A DNA stretch of 64,000 nucleotides from a virus, in IMG/VR virus record IMGVR_UViG_3300032753_000003, positions 32,001 to 96,000 of that record. One strand, written 5' to 3'. How positions within the stretch are numbered: position 1 is the stretch's first letter; the number at the start of each line of letters is the position of its first letter. The notes under the pieces were generated by a model. The model was given only the letters and a program-made list of their open reading frames with translations, was not told the origin of the DNA and ran no database searches. The translations under genes were made by a program, and so were the position numbers. Below are positions 55,317-63,805 of the stretch, one piece after another.

Positions 55317-56630
55317 ATGACTAATACTATTTGTTCGTTACCGTGGCACCATCTTTCATTACAACAAAACGGAGATTATAGAATCTGTTGCCAGATGATA
55401 CATCATCCTTTTGGAAAATTAAATACTGATAACAACGATTATTTGAATATTAAAAACACCAGCATGAATGATGTTAGAAACCATGAGATATTGAAAGAAC
55501 TTAGAAAAAGCATGTTGAATGGAGAACAACACAGTTTGTGCAATTTGTGTTGGACGGAGGAAGCAAGCGGGTTAAATTCGAAAAGAATTTTTATGAATAA
55601 TCAAATACCGAGCGATCATATACAATATATGATCAATAATACTGATCAAGATGGATAAATAGATCCAAATTTATTTCCAATTAGTTATTATGATATAAGA
55701 TTTGGAAATCTCTGTAATCTAAAATGCAGAAGTTGCAGTGCAAGTGATAGCTCGCTGTGGTATGAAGACCATGAGAAGTTAACTGGTTCAAATAATTTTT
55801 GGTTTTATGGTAGAGAAAATTACTATAAAATAATCAATAACAACAATACCTATGATGTAAATTTTGATGATTTCAAATGGTATGAAGATGAAAACTTTTG
55901 GAATGAATTTAAATCAAATATACATAATACAGAAATTGTTTATATAACAGGTGGCGAACCAACAATAAACAAAGCACATTTTAGATTGTTAGATTTGTGC
56001 ATATCAGAAGGTGCTGCACATAATATCAAACTTGAATATAATTCAAATATGTTTGCTGTACCTGATAAACTTTATAACCTATGGAAAAATTTTAAACATG
56101 TATCTATTGGGTGCAGCATCGATGGTAAAGACAAAATGGCAAATTATCTCAGACCGCCAAGCACCTGGGATAGATTAGAAAAAAATCTAAATAAATTAGA
56201 TTCAAGTGATAATCAAAATATAACTGCCGCTATAAGCACCACAGTGAGCGTGTATAATGTTTTACATTTTTTAGATTTCACTGATTGGCTATTGTCTAAG
56301 GAATATAAAATTATAGGGAATATACCAGTATTTCATATGTTAGACGGTCCGCATCGTTATAGCGTACAGGTGCTACCAAAAGACGTAAAAAAGAAAATCA
56401 CTAAAACTTATGAAAATTACTACAATCGAGTAAAAAGTAAATTTGGTATTACAATATCTAGAGAAATTGAAAGCACGTACTCTGGTATTATCAACTATAT
56501 GAACTTAGAGGATAAATCCAACCTATTACCTAAACTAGCAGATTCAACCTATCGTTTGGATGCAATAAGAAATCAACAACTAGCAGATGTAATTCCTTGG
56601 TTAGATGAAATACTAAAAAATTTTGTATAA
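55317..56630 (+). pseudogene. Twitch-domain radical SAM protein with one in-frame TAA (55656-55658)
   Basis: Frame is continuous: CSLPW...CC...CNLC...TDQDG*IDPN...FGNLCNLKCRSC...TGGEP...YNSN. Confidence 0.88.
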
Positions 56631-56690
56631 TACGTGGTTGACCTCTTAACATTCAGATGCTAGTGTTCATCATAGTTAAGAGGACAGCAC

Positions 56691-57107
56691 ATGAAGTTCG
56701 ATGTACCGTTGATTATATACGAGCATCCTACTAAGGAATATTGGAAAAGCATGTATTCCAATGCCTTCCAAGCAAAAGAGGCTGCGTGAAGTAGAACTGA
56801 TCCCATGCACGAAACTGATGAAGAGCGAATCCGTCGTCTCATAAAATATGTTAAAAGCCAGTCTGTCAACTTTGATAGGAGGAAAAACGACATTCTAGCT
56901 GCTAAAAAGTGGTGTTTGGAAAACGTAGGCGAACAGCGAAGCCAGCATCCAATTTGGGAGGCAGCAGAAGGGTGGCTGGATTTCTTTGAGGGCGACTGGG
57001 CTGTAGATTCATATTACTACCTCGAACCCAATCAAAATAATATTGCATCATTTTGGTTTTCTCGTACAGAAGATCGCGTGCAGTTTCAGTTGATATGGGG
57101 TAGTTGA
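56691..57107 (+). pseudogene. WC...FxLxW-family protein with in-frame TGA (56787-56789)
   Basis: GAGGA RBS + ATG 56691, same frame as 56805-57107 (KKWCLENVG...FWFSRTEDRVQFQLIWGS). Confidence 0.65.
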
Positions 57108-57161
57108 CATTGCTTCATATTAAAATTATCATTAATTCTAACAGTAGAGAGGTAATATCAA

Positions 57162-57509
57162 GTGTGGGTATTCATTAATGACGCATTTTACAGTATTGTA
57201 GATCCCAGCCGAGGTTCGGGTGACAAGCTATTAGTTAGGGCTAGATTTCCGGGCGATATCAAAAGGAATTTCCCAAACGCAGTTGAAGTACAGTTGCCCA
57301 ACAGGGATTATGCCTATCGAGCAGAAGTTGACAGAAACCAAGTTGCTGCTGTTATTGCTAACCATGTTGCTAATATCAAGTATGACAATTTCAAAGACAG
57401 TGTGAGAGAACACTGGCGTCACGATGCATATGCAGATGTGTGGGCAGTGTTGTATCGAGAACAGCACCGTCGCAGCATGAAGAATAAGGAACTCAATACG
57501 GTAGGATGA
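57162..57509 (+). CDS. Hypothetical protein
   Basis: GAGG RBS + GTG; MWVFINDAFYSIV...LLVRAR. Confidence 0.75.
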   Translation: MWVFINDAFYSIVDPSRGSGDKLLVRARFPGDIKRNFPNAVEVQLPNRDYAYRAEVDRNQVAAVIANHVANIKYDNFKDSVREHWRHDAYADVWAVLYREQHRRSMKNKELNTVG

Positions 57510-58003
57510 TAACTCATATATTGCATACAGGAGTGGTGCATGCCAGCACCATTCAACCATCATCTGATACCGTAGTGATTAGCATATTAGATTATAACAG
57601 CCGGCATCCTAGACCCAACTTCTCAGGTTTTAGAGACTCGCTGTCACTGTGTTTCAAAGATCGTTGCGAAGAAGATTATGGGGTCAAATCCCATTGGCCT
57701 GACGAGATACCAGACAACTTGCAGGCGTTCTATACGGGAGACGAGTTAGAACGTATATGTAATCTAAGTGATGCAGAGAAGATCTTGAGATTCTTTGACA
57801 AACATCACCGTGATCCTCAACCTATAAATTTGGTTGCGCATTGCAAAAGTGGAGTTGGTCGTAGTGCTGCTATCGCACATTGGTTTGGAACAGTATATGG
57901 CATTAGCTATCACGGAACAGATTTGAGAAAACGTTTCAATCCCAATCCCAGGGTAATTCGTATGCTCAACAAAGCGTACAATCAATTACACAAAACAGTG
58001 TAA
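57506..58003 (+). CDS. Protein tyrosine/dual-specificity phosphatase-like protein
   Basis: CX5R P-loop HCKSGVGRSAAIA; PNPRV. Confidence 0.85.
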   Translation: MITHILHTGVVHASTIQPSSDTVVISILDYNSRHPRPNFSGFRDSLSLCFKDRCEEDYGVKSHWPDEIPDNLQAFYTGDELERICNLSDAEKILRFFDKHHRDPQPINLVAHCKSGVGRSAAIAHWFGTVYGISYHGTDLRKRFNPNPRVIRMLNKAYNQLHKTV

Positions 58004-58010
58004 ATACTGT

Positions 58011-58481
58011 ATGCTGATAAATGAGATAATGAAAGAGCCTTTCACCAATTGGTCCTTCCCAAATGAAGCAACCATGCAGGCAGATTTCAAAGAATACAAA
58101 AAGAAGGAAACTAGCAAATGGCAAGGTCGTGCCAGCAGTATGGGGTTCCGTTTCCCTATCTTTGATACCTTTGACGATTTCTCAAATGCTCTAAGATCAG
58201 CCGAAGTTATCACGCTAACTCCCCAGCATGATTCGCGTATAGCCAATCGTAGTCATACCAGTAATATAGACGACCTTAAATCTCTAGTTGGCAGCTATGT
58301 TAGACCGAGAGATGTAGATAGGATCGTGCATGGATTTGAGAGCAATGCACCAATTCCCATGCCCATTGTGTTAAAAGGTCGCAAAGGTGAATGGATAATG
58401 GCAGGTAATACACGTTTAGACACTGCATTTATTCTAGGCGTAAATCCCATTAAAATTTTGTTAGTTGACGTCAGCGCTTAG
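58011..58481 (+). CDS. ParB/Srx-like domain protein, MLINEI tag
   Basis: PMPIVL...IMAGNTRL; TAAATA at 58001-58006. Confidence 0.6.
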   Translation: MLINEIMKEPFTNWSFPNEATMQADFKEYKKKETSKWQGRASSMGFRFPIFDTFDDFSNALRSAEVITLTPQHDSRIANRSHTSNIDDLKSLVGSYVRPRDVDRIVHGFESNAPIPMPIVLKGRKGEWIMAGNTRLDTAFILGVNPIKILLVDVSA

Positions 58482-58520
58482 TGGTGCTATATTCTGCTCA
58501 CATTGCTACAGAGGTGAGCT

Positions 58521-58700
58521 ATGCTGTTGACCGAAAAACGCTTGCAGACGCTGGTTGATCTTGCTACTGAATACGCCAAAAGCAAGAATCTCTGTGTTAC
58601 AGAATATCTACGTGGAATACTCAACCCCGATACGCTGGGCAATGTAGATGCTGGCGTTATTGTTGAGACGCTAATCCGTTATCACAAAGAATGGAAGTGA
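58521..58700 (+). CDS. Small hypothetical protein (59 aa)
   Basis: GAGG RBS, open frame MLLTEKRLQ...; TTGACG-N17-TATATT upstream. Confidence 0.6.
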   Translation: MLLTEKRLQTLVDLATEYAKSKNLCVTEYLRGILNPDTLGNVDAGVIVETLIRYHKEWK

Positions 58701-58712
58701 AAGGACTCTAAC

Positions 58713-59047
58713 ATGCCCTGCCGTACAGATGATTATTATTATGATGACTCTACTCGTATTTCAGCTTTTGAGCTCCGTGAATATAAGATTGCCAAAGCAA
58801 CTTTGTGCATGTTGTTTACCCATTACGGTATCCACACGCTGATTAATGAACAGATTACGCCTGCTGAATTAAAGGAAGCCGGTGTTAAAAAGGGAGAAAT
58901 TTTTGGTTGGTGGAACCGGCACGAAAAAGAAGATCGGGCGCGGCGCGAACGCGAGCGTGTGCTGAGCATGAAAAGCGCGAGAAGACCAAAGCTGCTCTTG
59001 CCAAACTTACACCGGAAGAACGTGCTTTGCTGGGCCTTAAAAGCTAG
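58713..59047 (+). pseudogene. Hypothetical protein with probable frameshift near 58956-58963
   Basis: Removing GT from cgtgtgct gives ERAEHEKREKTKAALAKLTPEERALLGLKS*, a natural helical tail. Confidence 0.55.
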
Positions 59048-59079
59048 TAATTTACGTTGATAAGCAGTGCTGTCTTTTT

Positions 59080-59109
59080 GGTTGACAGCACCGCTACAGA
59101 TGCTATTGT
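59080..59109 (+). promoter_or_regulatory. Sigma70-type early promoter, 16-nt spacer
   Basis: GGTTGACA-gcaccgctac-AGATGC-TATTGT. Confidence 0.75.
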
Positions 59110-59134
59110 GGGACATCAAACGAGGAGCTAGGTC

Positions 59135-59626
59135 ATGAAGCATACCGTTGAAAGCATCAAGCATCTTCTCGCTACCAATGACAAGGCAGTGGGCCGCGCG
59201 CTGATTGTGCTGCGCAACCGCCAGACTGTTGACGAACGTAGCTCCGAAACTACCCGGCATCTCAACGGCCGTGGGTTCCGTCCCTGCCATGCGCGGATGG
59301 GTACTTCGATGGCTAACTTTTTTGAGAGCCGCGGGTATCTTACTGCCAAGCAGGTTGCCTATTGGCGAGTGGCTATGGCTGACGGCAATAGCCGCATTGA
59401 GATCTACGCTCGCCAGTTGCTGGAAGAGGCTGAAGTCAAGGCCAAAGCTGCTGCTAAGGTTCAGCAGGATGCAATTGATCCCGATACCATGAACAAGATG
59501 CAGTGGGACGCTATGCGCGCGGAACGTGAGATGCAGAGCATGGAAGCCGAGTGGGATCGTGCCCAAACTGTTCGCGATGAAATGAACAAGTGGGCTGCGC
59601 GCGAATACATGGAAAGGGCTGCCTAA
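59135..59626 (+). CDS. Hypothetical protein (GC-rich codons)
   Basis: GAGGAG RBS; QTVDE...T..LNGRGF. Confidence 0.8.
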   Translation: MKHTVESIKHLLATNDKAVGRALIVLRNRQTVDERSSETTRHLNGRGFRPCHARMGTSMANFFESRGYLTAKQVAYWRVAMADGNSRIEIYARQLLEEAEVKAKAAAKVQQDAIDPDTMNKMQWDAMRAEREMQSMEAEWDRAQTVRDEMNKWAAREYMERAA

Positions 59627-59659
59627 TGAATACTTCGGCGTTCAGGTGGTATTGTTTTT

Positions 59660-59962
59660 ATGCGTGGGAAAGGCAGCATAACTTTCCCAACGATGCAAAC
59701 GACTGTGATTACATGCACAGTATTGTCTGGTGCTAGGAGAAGCAACATGCTCAAGGACCACACTCATAACAATATACAAGAAGCATTTGTACGTGTCTGC
59801 CAAGACAGTGGGTGGAAAATGAGTCATATTGATGCGGCTATATTCACCGCAAAAGTTCTCAACATACATCCACTTGAAGTATGGATTGCATTCTCTTCTC
59901 TTGATGCAATGGCACAGATAGCCAATCATTCTCACCCATACGTTGCACAAATGCGCAAATAA
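59660..59962 (+). CDS. Hypothetical protein (start uncertain)
   Basis: ORF track; real start may be MLKDHT. Confidence 0.5.
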   Translation: MRGKGSITFPTMQTTVITCTVLSGARRSNMLKDHTHNNIQEAFVRVCQDSGWKMSHIDAAIFTAKVLNIHPLEVWIAFSSLDAMAQIANHSHPYVAQMRK

Positions 59963-59977
59963 TTAGCGCATAGGATC

Positions 59978-60005
59978 TTGACAAATCCGCAACAAATGCT
60001 AATAT
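59978..60005 (+). promoter_or_regulatory. Sigma70-type promoter, 16-nt spacer
   Basis: TTGACA-aatccgcaac-AAATGC-TAATAT. Confidence 0.65.
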
Positions 60006-60032
60006 TATCCTACGGTAGAAGGAGAACCAATC

Positions 60033-60257
60033 ATGCATTACAAATATAATGGTCTAAACCCGATTGCCGAAGCTGAATTCACTGTGGCCCAGCGCATGGC
60101 AGCATACGATGCTCTACCTGCTGAAGTTCGACGCTTGCTGTGGACTCTCAATGACCTGTTGGACTACGGAAACAATACGCAGTCTGATATCGTTGATCTT
60201 CTCTTGGTCAATGAAAATATCAATCCCAGCATCAACCGCAGAGAGATGCAGGAGTAA
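60033..60257 (+). CDS. Hypothetical protein
   Basis: AAGGAG RBS; MAAYDALPAEVRRLL. Confidence 0.7.
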   Translation: MHYKYNGLNPIAEAEFTVAQRMAAYDALPAEVRRLLWTLNDLLDYGNNTQSDIVDLLLVNENINPSINRREMQE

Positions 60258-60271
60258 ATGCGAGTGTAAAA

Positions 60272-60526
60272 ATGGCGTATCAAATCGTCCAGTGCGAGGT
60301 TCTTTGGGACGCTGTCTACTATGTCAGCGGCAATGAAAGTGTAGGTACGCCGTATTCGTTAGGGTATTTTGAAACAGAAGGCGATGCATGCCGTGCATTT
60401 GCCGAAGCTGGGTTTACCCGACACGAAAATAATTCTTGGCGCAGACCATATTCGAGTGGTTATGTGTCGAGAATATTGAGGGAGATTAAAAGATGTGGCG
60501 GAAACCTTATGGATATGAATCGTTAA
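60272..60526 (+). CDS. Hypothetical protein
   Basis: Packed operon. Confidence 0.6.
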   Translation: MAYQIVQCEVLWDAVYYVSGNESVGTPYSLGYFETEGDACRAFAEAGFTRHENNSWRRPYSSGYVSRILREIKRCGGNLMDMNR

Positions 60527-60750
60527 GTACCAGTGAATTATCTAAACATGTTGCTGAAGGTAAGGCAGAATTAGAAAAAGTTGCAACAAAAGCCGTTAAG
60601 GTTGATGATATGATTGCGAATCTAGAACAAAAACTTAGAGAGTTCAAACTTTTAAAACTCAGTTTGTTTGAAGATACGAAAAATATCGTCATGGACCTAG
60701 ACGAAGTGTCAGAGCTTTATAAACTTAGGAACGCATTTAAGGATTTATGA
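60493..60750 (+). CDS. Coiled-coil hypothetical protein
   Basis: GGAG RBS; heptad pattern. Confidence 0.6.
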   Translation: MWRKPYGYESLSTSELSKHVAEGKAELEKVATKAVKVDDMIANLEQKLREFKLLKLSLFEDTKNIVMDLDEVSELYKLRNAFKDL

Positions 60751-60753
60751 TCA

Positions 60754-61128
60754 ATGGCCAAGGAAGTTAAACCTCGGGAACGAGGCTATCTCAAGCGATC
60801 CAATCTAGAATTTAATGGTGTTTGGACGGTTGACGGAAATAGTATTCATTCTGTCATCGTTCGAGCACTGGAATTCTTTGAAACACATCGCATCGTCAAA
60901 GACAAGGATGTTACAGAATATTTTAATGTAGCATACACAATCGAGCGGCTACATGCTAGTGAACGTCATTGGAACCCAGATATCATTAGGTCGTGGATTG
61001 ACATGTTCCACGACTATATGTCTAGTGCAGTGTATCTAGACGCATTCCATGGTACACAGGGTGGTGAGAAACCAAAGTTCAAAGCTGCAGAGTCTGTGTT
61101 TGCAGAGTTCCAGAAAACATTTGCCTAA
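60754..61128 (+). CDS. Hypothetical protein
   Basis: Packed operon. Confidence 0.7.
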   Translation: MAKEVKPRERGYLKRSNLEFNGVWTVDGNSIHSVIVRALEFFETHRIVKDKDVTEYFNVAYTIERLHASERHWNPDIIRSWIDMFHDYMSSAVYLDAFHGTQGGEKPKFKAAESVFAEFQKTFA

Positions 61129-61136
61129 GGTAAACT

Positions 61137-61559
61137 GTGATGAAGTTAGTGGTTTGTTACGGCCATGGATCAGAAGGATCCGGATGTTGGACAGAAAATA
61201 TCTGTGTGGAATATGAAAGCAAGGATCACTTCCTTGTGGCATTTATTGACGGATTTGAAGCTTGGGGCAAGCGCCGCAAGCTAGAGAATCAATACCGGTC
61301 CAAGATTGCCCTTGTCCGAGCATCTCGCAATCAGGACAAGGTTAGTGCTGCCATAGATGAATATTCAGAGTTTTTGAAGTCTAAAAACAGCTACGATTAT
61401 GACTTAATTGTAGACGGGGCTGTCTTTGACTATTTTGAAGACTACGAATACGATAGCAAGACAGGCGAATACACTATTATATCATTACCAAATGTTTATG
61501 ATCTTGACGAATGGTTTGAACTCAATCGACCAAAGACAATACAAGGGGCATCTAAATGA
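61137..61559 (+). CDS. Hypothetical protein
   Basis: Packed operon. Confidence 0.7.
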   Translation: MMKLVVCYGHGSEGSGCWTENICVEYESKDHFLVAFIDGFEAWGKRRKLENQYRSKIALVRASRNQDKVSAAIDEYSEFLKSKNSYDYDLIVDGAVFDYFEDYEYDSKTGEYTIISLPNVYDLDEWFELNRPKTIQGASK

Positions 61560-61741
61560 CTGACAAAACAGATACATCAACCGAGACCGTGTTGTCGCAG
61601 ATTGCAATGATGAAGGACGGCTTGCTGCCTTGGACTGTAAATGTGATACGTGCTCTGTTGACTGAACGAGATGCGCTAGCAGCTCAGCTAGCAGTAACAG
61701 AACAAACTACTTTTGAAAAAAGTACAAAAGAAAACAAGTAA
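61556..61741 (+). CDS. Hypothetical protein
   Basis: Start overlaps upstream stop. Confidence 0.6.
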   Translation: MTDKTDTSTETVLSQIAMMKDGLLPWTVNVIRALLTERDALAAQLAVTEQTTFEKSTKENK

Positions 61742-61769
61742 TTACAATTTAAAATTGTATAATTTTTAT

Positions 61770-61799
61770 GGTTGACAAACGGTCTATAGATGCTATTGT
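61770..61799 (+). promoter_or_regulatory. Sigma70-type early promoter, 16-nt spacer
   Basis: GGTTGACA-aacggtctat-AGATGC-TATTGT. Confidence 0.75.
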
Positions 61800-61822
61800 T
61801 CCTAAACGATAGGGAGAGCACG

Positions 61823-62038
61823 ACGGAACGCACCGTTCATTTTGTGGGATTTAGAGGCGATGAATACACAGCCGCAGTGCGTGTTTTTGGTCGTCCAAAT
61901 TTTATCCATCGCATTTGGGATATTAGGGCTGCGGCTGAGATTCAGCCCGAAGATCTTGTGGTATTCGCGCGCGAAAAAGACTGGGCAAACCTGCGGAAGC
62001 CCAACAAATTCGCGTTCGATGACAGTGCAGCGATGTGA
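61823..62038 (+). CDS. Hypothetical protein (VHFVGFR motif); apparent ACG start
   Basis: The ORF-track ATG (61790) lies inside the promoter; AGGGAG RBS sits 6 nt before ACG 61823. Confidence 0.6.
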   Translation, partial: TERTVHFVGFRGDEYTAAVRVFGRPNFIHRIWDIRAAAEIQPEDLVVFAREKDWANLRKPNKFAFDDSAAM

Positions 62039-62093
62039 ATAGTAATTCACAAACTGTGCTGTTTAATCTAAAAGTAAAAATCCGCAGAATAGT

Positions 62094-62123
62094 GGTTGAC
62101 AAAATGCGTTAAGATGCTAATGT
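62094..62123 (+). promoter_or_regulatory. Sigma70-type early promoter, 16-nt spacer
   Basis: GGTTGACA-aaatgcgtta-AGATGC-TAATGT. Confidence 0.75.
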
Positions 62124-62156
62124 ACAGCATAGGCGCTCAAACTTAGGAGTTAATGA

Positions 62157-62657
62157 ATGGATAAGGTATTTGCAGTTGCCGGTGTTTCCACCCTTGAGGG
62201 TGTTGTTAAGGCTCGCTTTGCCAAGGACTTGGCTCGCGTGAAGGTGCTTGAGAAGAACGGCCATACGGCAATCCGTTTGGTCGAGCTCCCCAATGAGATG
62301 ACCAAGGATGCTGCGCTGTCGTGGCTGCGCGGCCACAAGGACTTCCAGGATGCTGCCGCACAGGCTGCGCTGGTTCCCGAGGACACGGCTGCTGCTAAGC
62401 CTGTCAAGGCTGCTAAGCCGTCGTCGGAACCTAAGGCCAAGGCTGAACCCAAGGCCAAGCCCGAGAAGGCTGTTGCCAAGGCGGCGGCGCCCAAGGCCAA
62501 GACTGAGCCCAAGGTGACTTCGGATGTTGAGGCTATCCGTGCTAAGAATCGCGAGGCCATGAAGGCTGCATTCGACAAGTTCAAGGAACAGCAGGTTGAG
62601 GCAACCGAAGGTACTGATGCTGCTGCAACTGATCACATGCCGGGCGTCCTCAAGTAA
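62157..62657 (+). CDS. Protein with globular N-domain and histone H1-like Lys/Ala/Pro tail
   Basis: AAKPVKAAKP...KAKAEPKAKPEKAVAKAAAPKAK; AGGAG RBS; very GC-rich codons. Confidence 0.8.
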   Translation: MDKVFAVAGVSTLEGVVKARFAKDLARVKVLEKNGHTAIRLVELPNEMTKDAALSWLRGHKDFQDAAAQAALVPEDTAAAKPVKAAKPSSEPKAKAEPKAKPEKAVAKAAAPKAKTEPKVTSDVEAIRAKNREAMKAAFDKFKEQQVEATEGTDAAATDHMPGVLK

Positions 62658-62671
62658 GGTCCTTAGCAATC

Positions 62672-62694
62672 AAGGAGGGACTAGATCCCTCCTT
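62672..62694. terminator. Hairpin after the H1-like gene
   Basis: AAGGAGGGA-CTAGA-TCCCTCCTT. Confidence 0.5.
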
Positions 62695-62714
62695 CCTCAT
62701 GGACGAATGGTCAA

Positions 62715-63344
62715 ATGAGTCAAGACTTAGAGCAACTGTTAGAACAGTATAAACACGCTCTGCAGCACTATGCAGCTATCCCGGGCGAAGTTGGTGCTAG
62801 GGCTAGGGTAGCTCTAGATGGGCCTTTGGCTGTCATGGACAGTCCTTACCTCATTAGATATAACGCTGAACTGAATTACAATCCCAATTTTGGCGACAAT
62901 CGCAAATGCAAATGTGGTCATCCATACTTCAGACACTTTGATCCATATGAAGACAATCGTGCAGTTGGATGCAAATACTGTCACTGTTATACATTTGTAT
63001 GTGAATCAATTGACACTACCTGGAAGCTGTTCCTAGATGATGAACGCGATCCAGTTGATGACAGTTGGATAGTGTGCCGTACTGTATTAACTGCTATAGG
63101 TGAATGTACTGCAAGAGGCTTACCAACCTATATCAACTTTGATCATGATCTCGGTAACAGCGGTAACGATCATCCCATGTTCAAAGACGGCATAGGATTT
63201 GCTCACTGGATGATTGAAGAGGTGCTAAATGACAGATGGACTTTGCCCAAAAACTTTGATTGGTATGTGCATAGCCAGAACCCCATTGGTGCAGAAAACA
63301 TCAATGCGTTGATGCACAATTGGATGCGATCGCTGGGGAGATAA
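62715..63344 (+). CDS. Cys/His-rich domain fused to a cyclic-phosphate-processing receiver-like (cREC) domain
   Basis: CKCGH...H...CKYCHC; LFLDDERDP, FDHDLG, VHSQNPIG. Confidence 0.7.
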   Translation: MSQDLEQLLEQYKHALQHYAAIPGEVGARARVALDGPLAVMDSPYLIRYNAELNYNPNFGDNRKCKCGHPYFRHFDPYEDNRAVGCKYCHCYTFVCESIDTTWKLFLDDERDPVDDSWIVCRTVLTAIGECTARGLPTYINFDHDLGNSGNDHPMFKDGIGFAHWMIEEVLNDRWTLPKNFDWYVHSQNPIGAENINALMHNWMRSLGR

Positions 63345-63351
63345 ATATTCC

Positions 63352-63798
63352 ATGAAGCTTGAAGAGATCACTAGCAAACGCTATTACCACGGTAGCTACA
63401 CTCAACTACCGGTTGGTACTATTCTAAATGCTCGTAACGAGGATTACGAAGCCGATTGGAAGGGTACAGATTTTTATAATATCCTGGAACGCTATCGTCC
63501 GGAAGGACAGCTATCCCATAAACAGTCTGTATTCATGTGTGATAATCCCGACGACATTGATGCTGCTGGCGGTGGTACTGATTGGATGTTCACTCTCAAA
63601 GCTCTTGGTCCTGTTCAACGCCACGACCTAAATTGGAGCAGTGAGATTAGCGTGCTAATTAGTGATGGATATGCAGCTGATAGCCCAGAGGTAAAAGAAG
63701 CTGCTGAAAACTATTGGGCAGGTGTACCTCATCACAACGAATCGTTATGGGAGTACCTTACTCCTTCTGCACAGATTATAGCTGTTGAACCCTTCTAA
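63352..63798 (+). CDS. Arr-like ADP-ribosyltransferase-fold protein, MKLEEI tag
   Basis: YYHGS...LPVGTIL resembles the Arr FYHGT..L..GDLL start; ATAAATA at 63341-63347. Confidence 0.6.
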   Translation: MKLEEITSKRYYHGSYTQLPVGTILNARNEDYEADWKGTDFYNILERYRPEGQLSHKQSVFMCDNPDDIDAAGGGTDWMFTLKALGPVQRHDLNWSSEISVLISDGYAADSPEVKEAAENYWAGVPHHNESLWEYLTPSAQIIAVEPF

Positions 63799-63805
63799 AA
63801 TTTTT

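Noticed and set aside
56787-56789. Selenocysteine or Trp read-through of TGA
   Set aside because: No SECIS-like hairpin recognised, the context is not a Cys-type site, and TGA is a frequent normal stop in this window
58823-59566. 247-aa minus-strand ORF, and likewise 62109-62669 and 62150-62584
   Set aside because: Antisense to GC-rich plus-strand genes that have promoters and RBSs; stop-poor shadows
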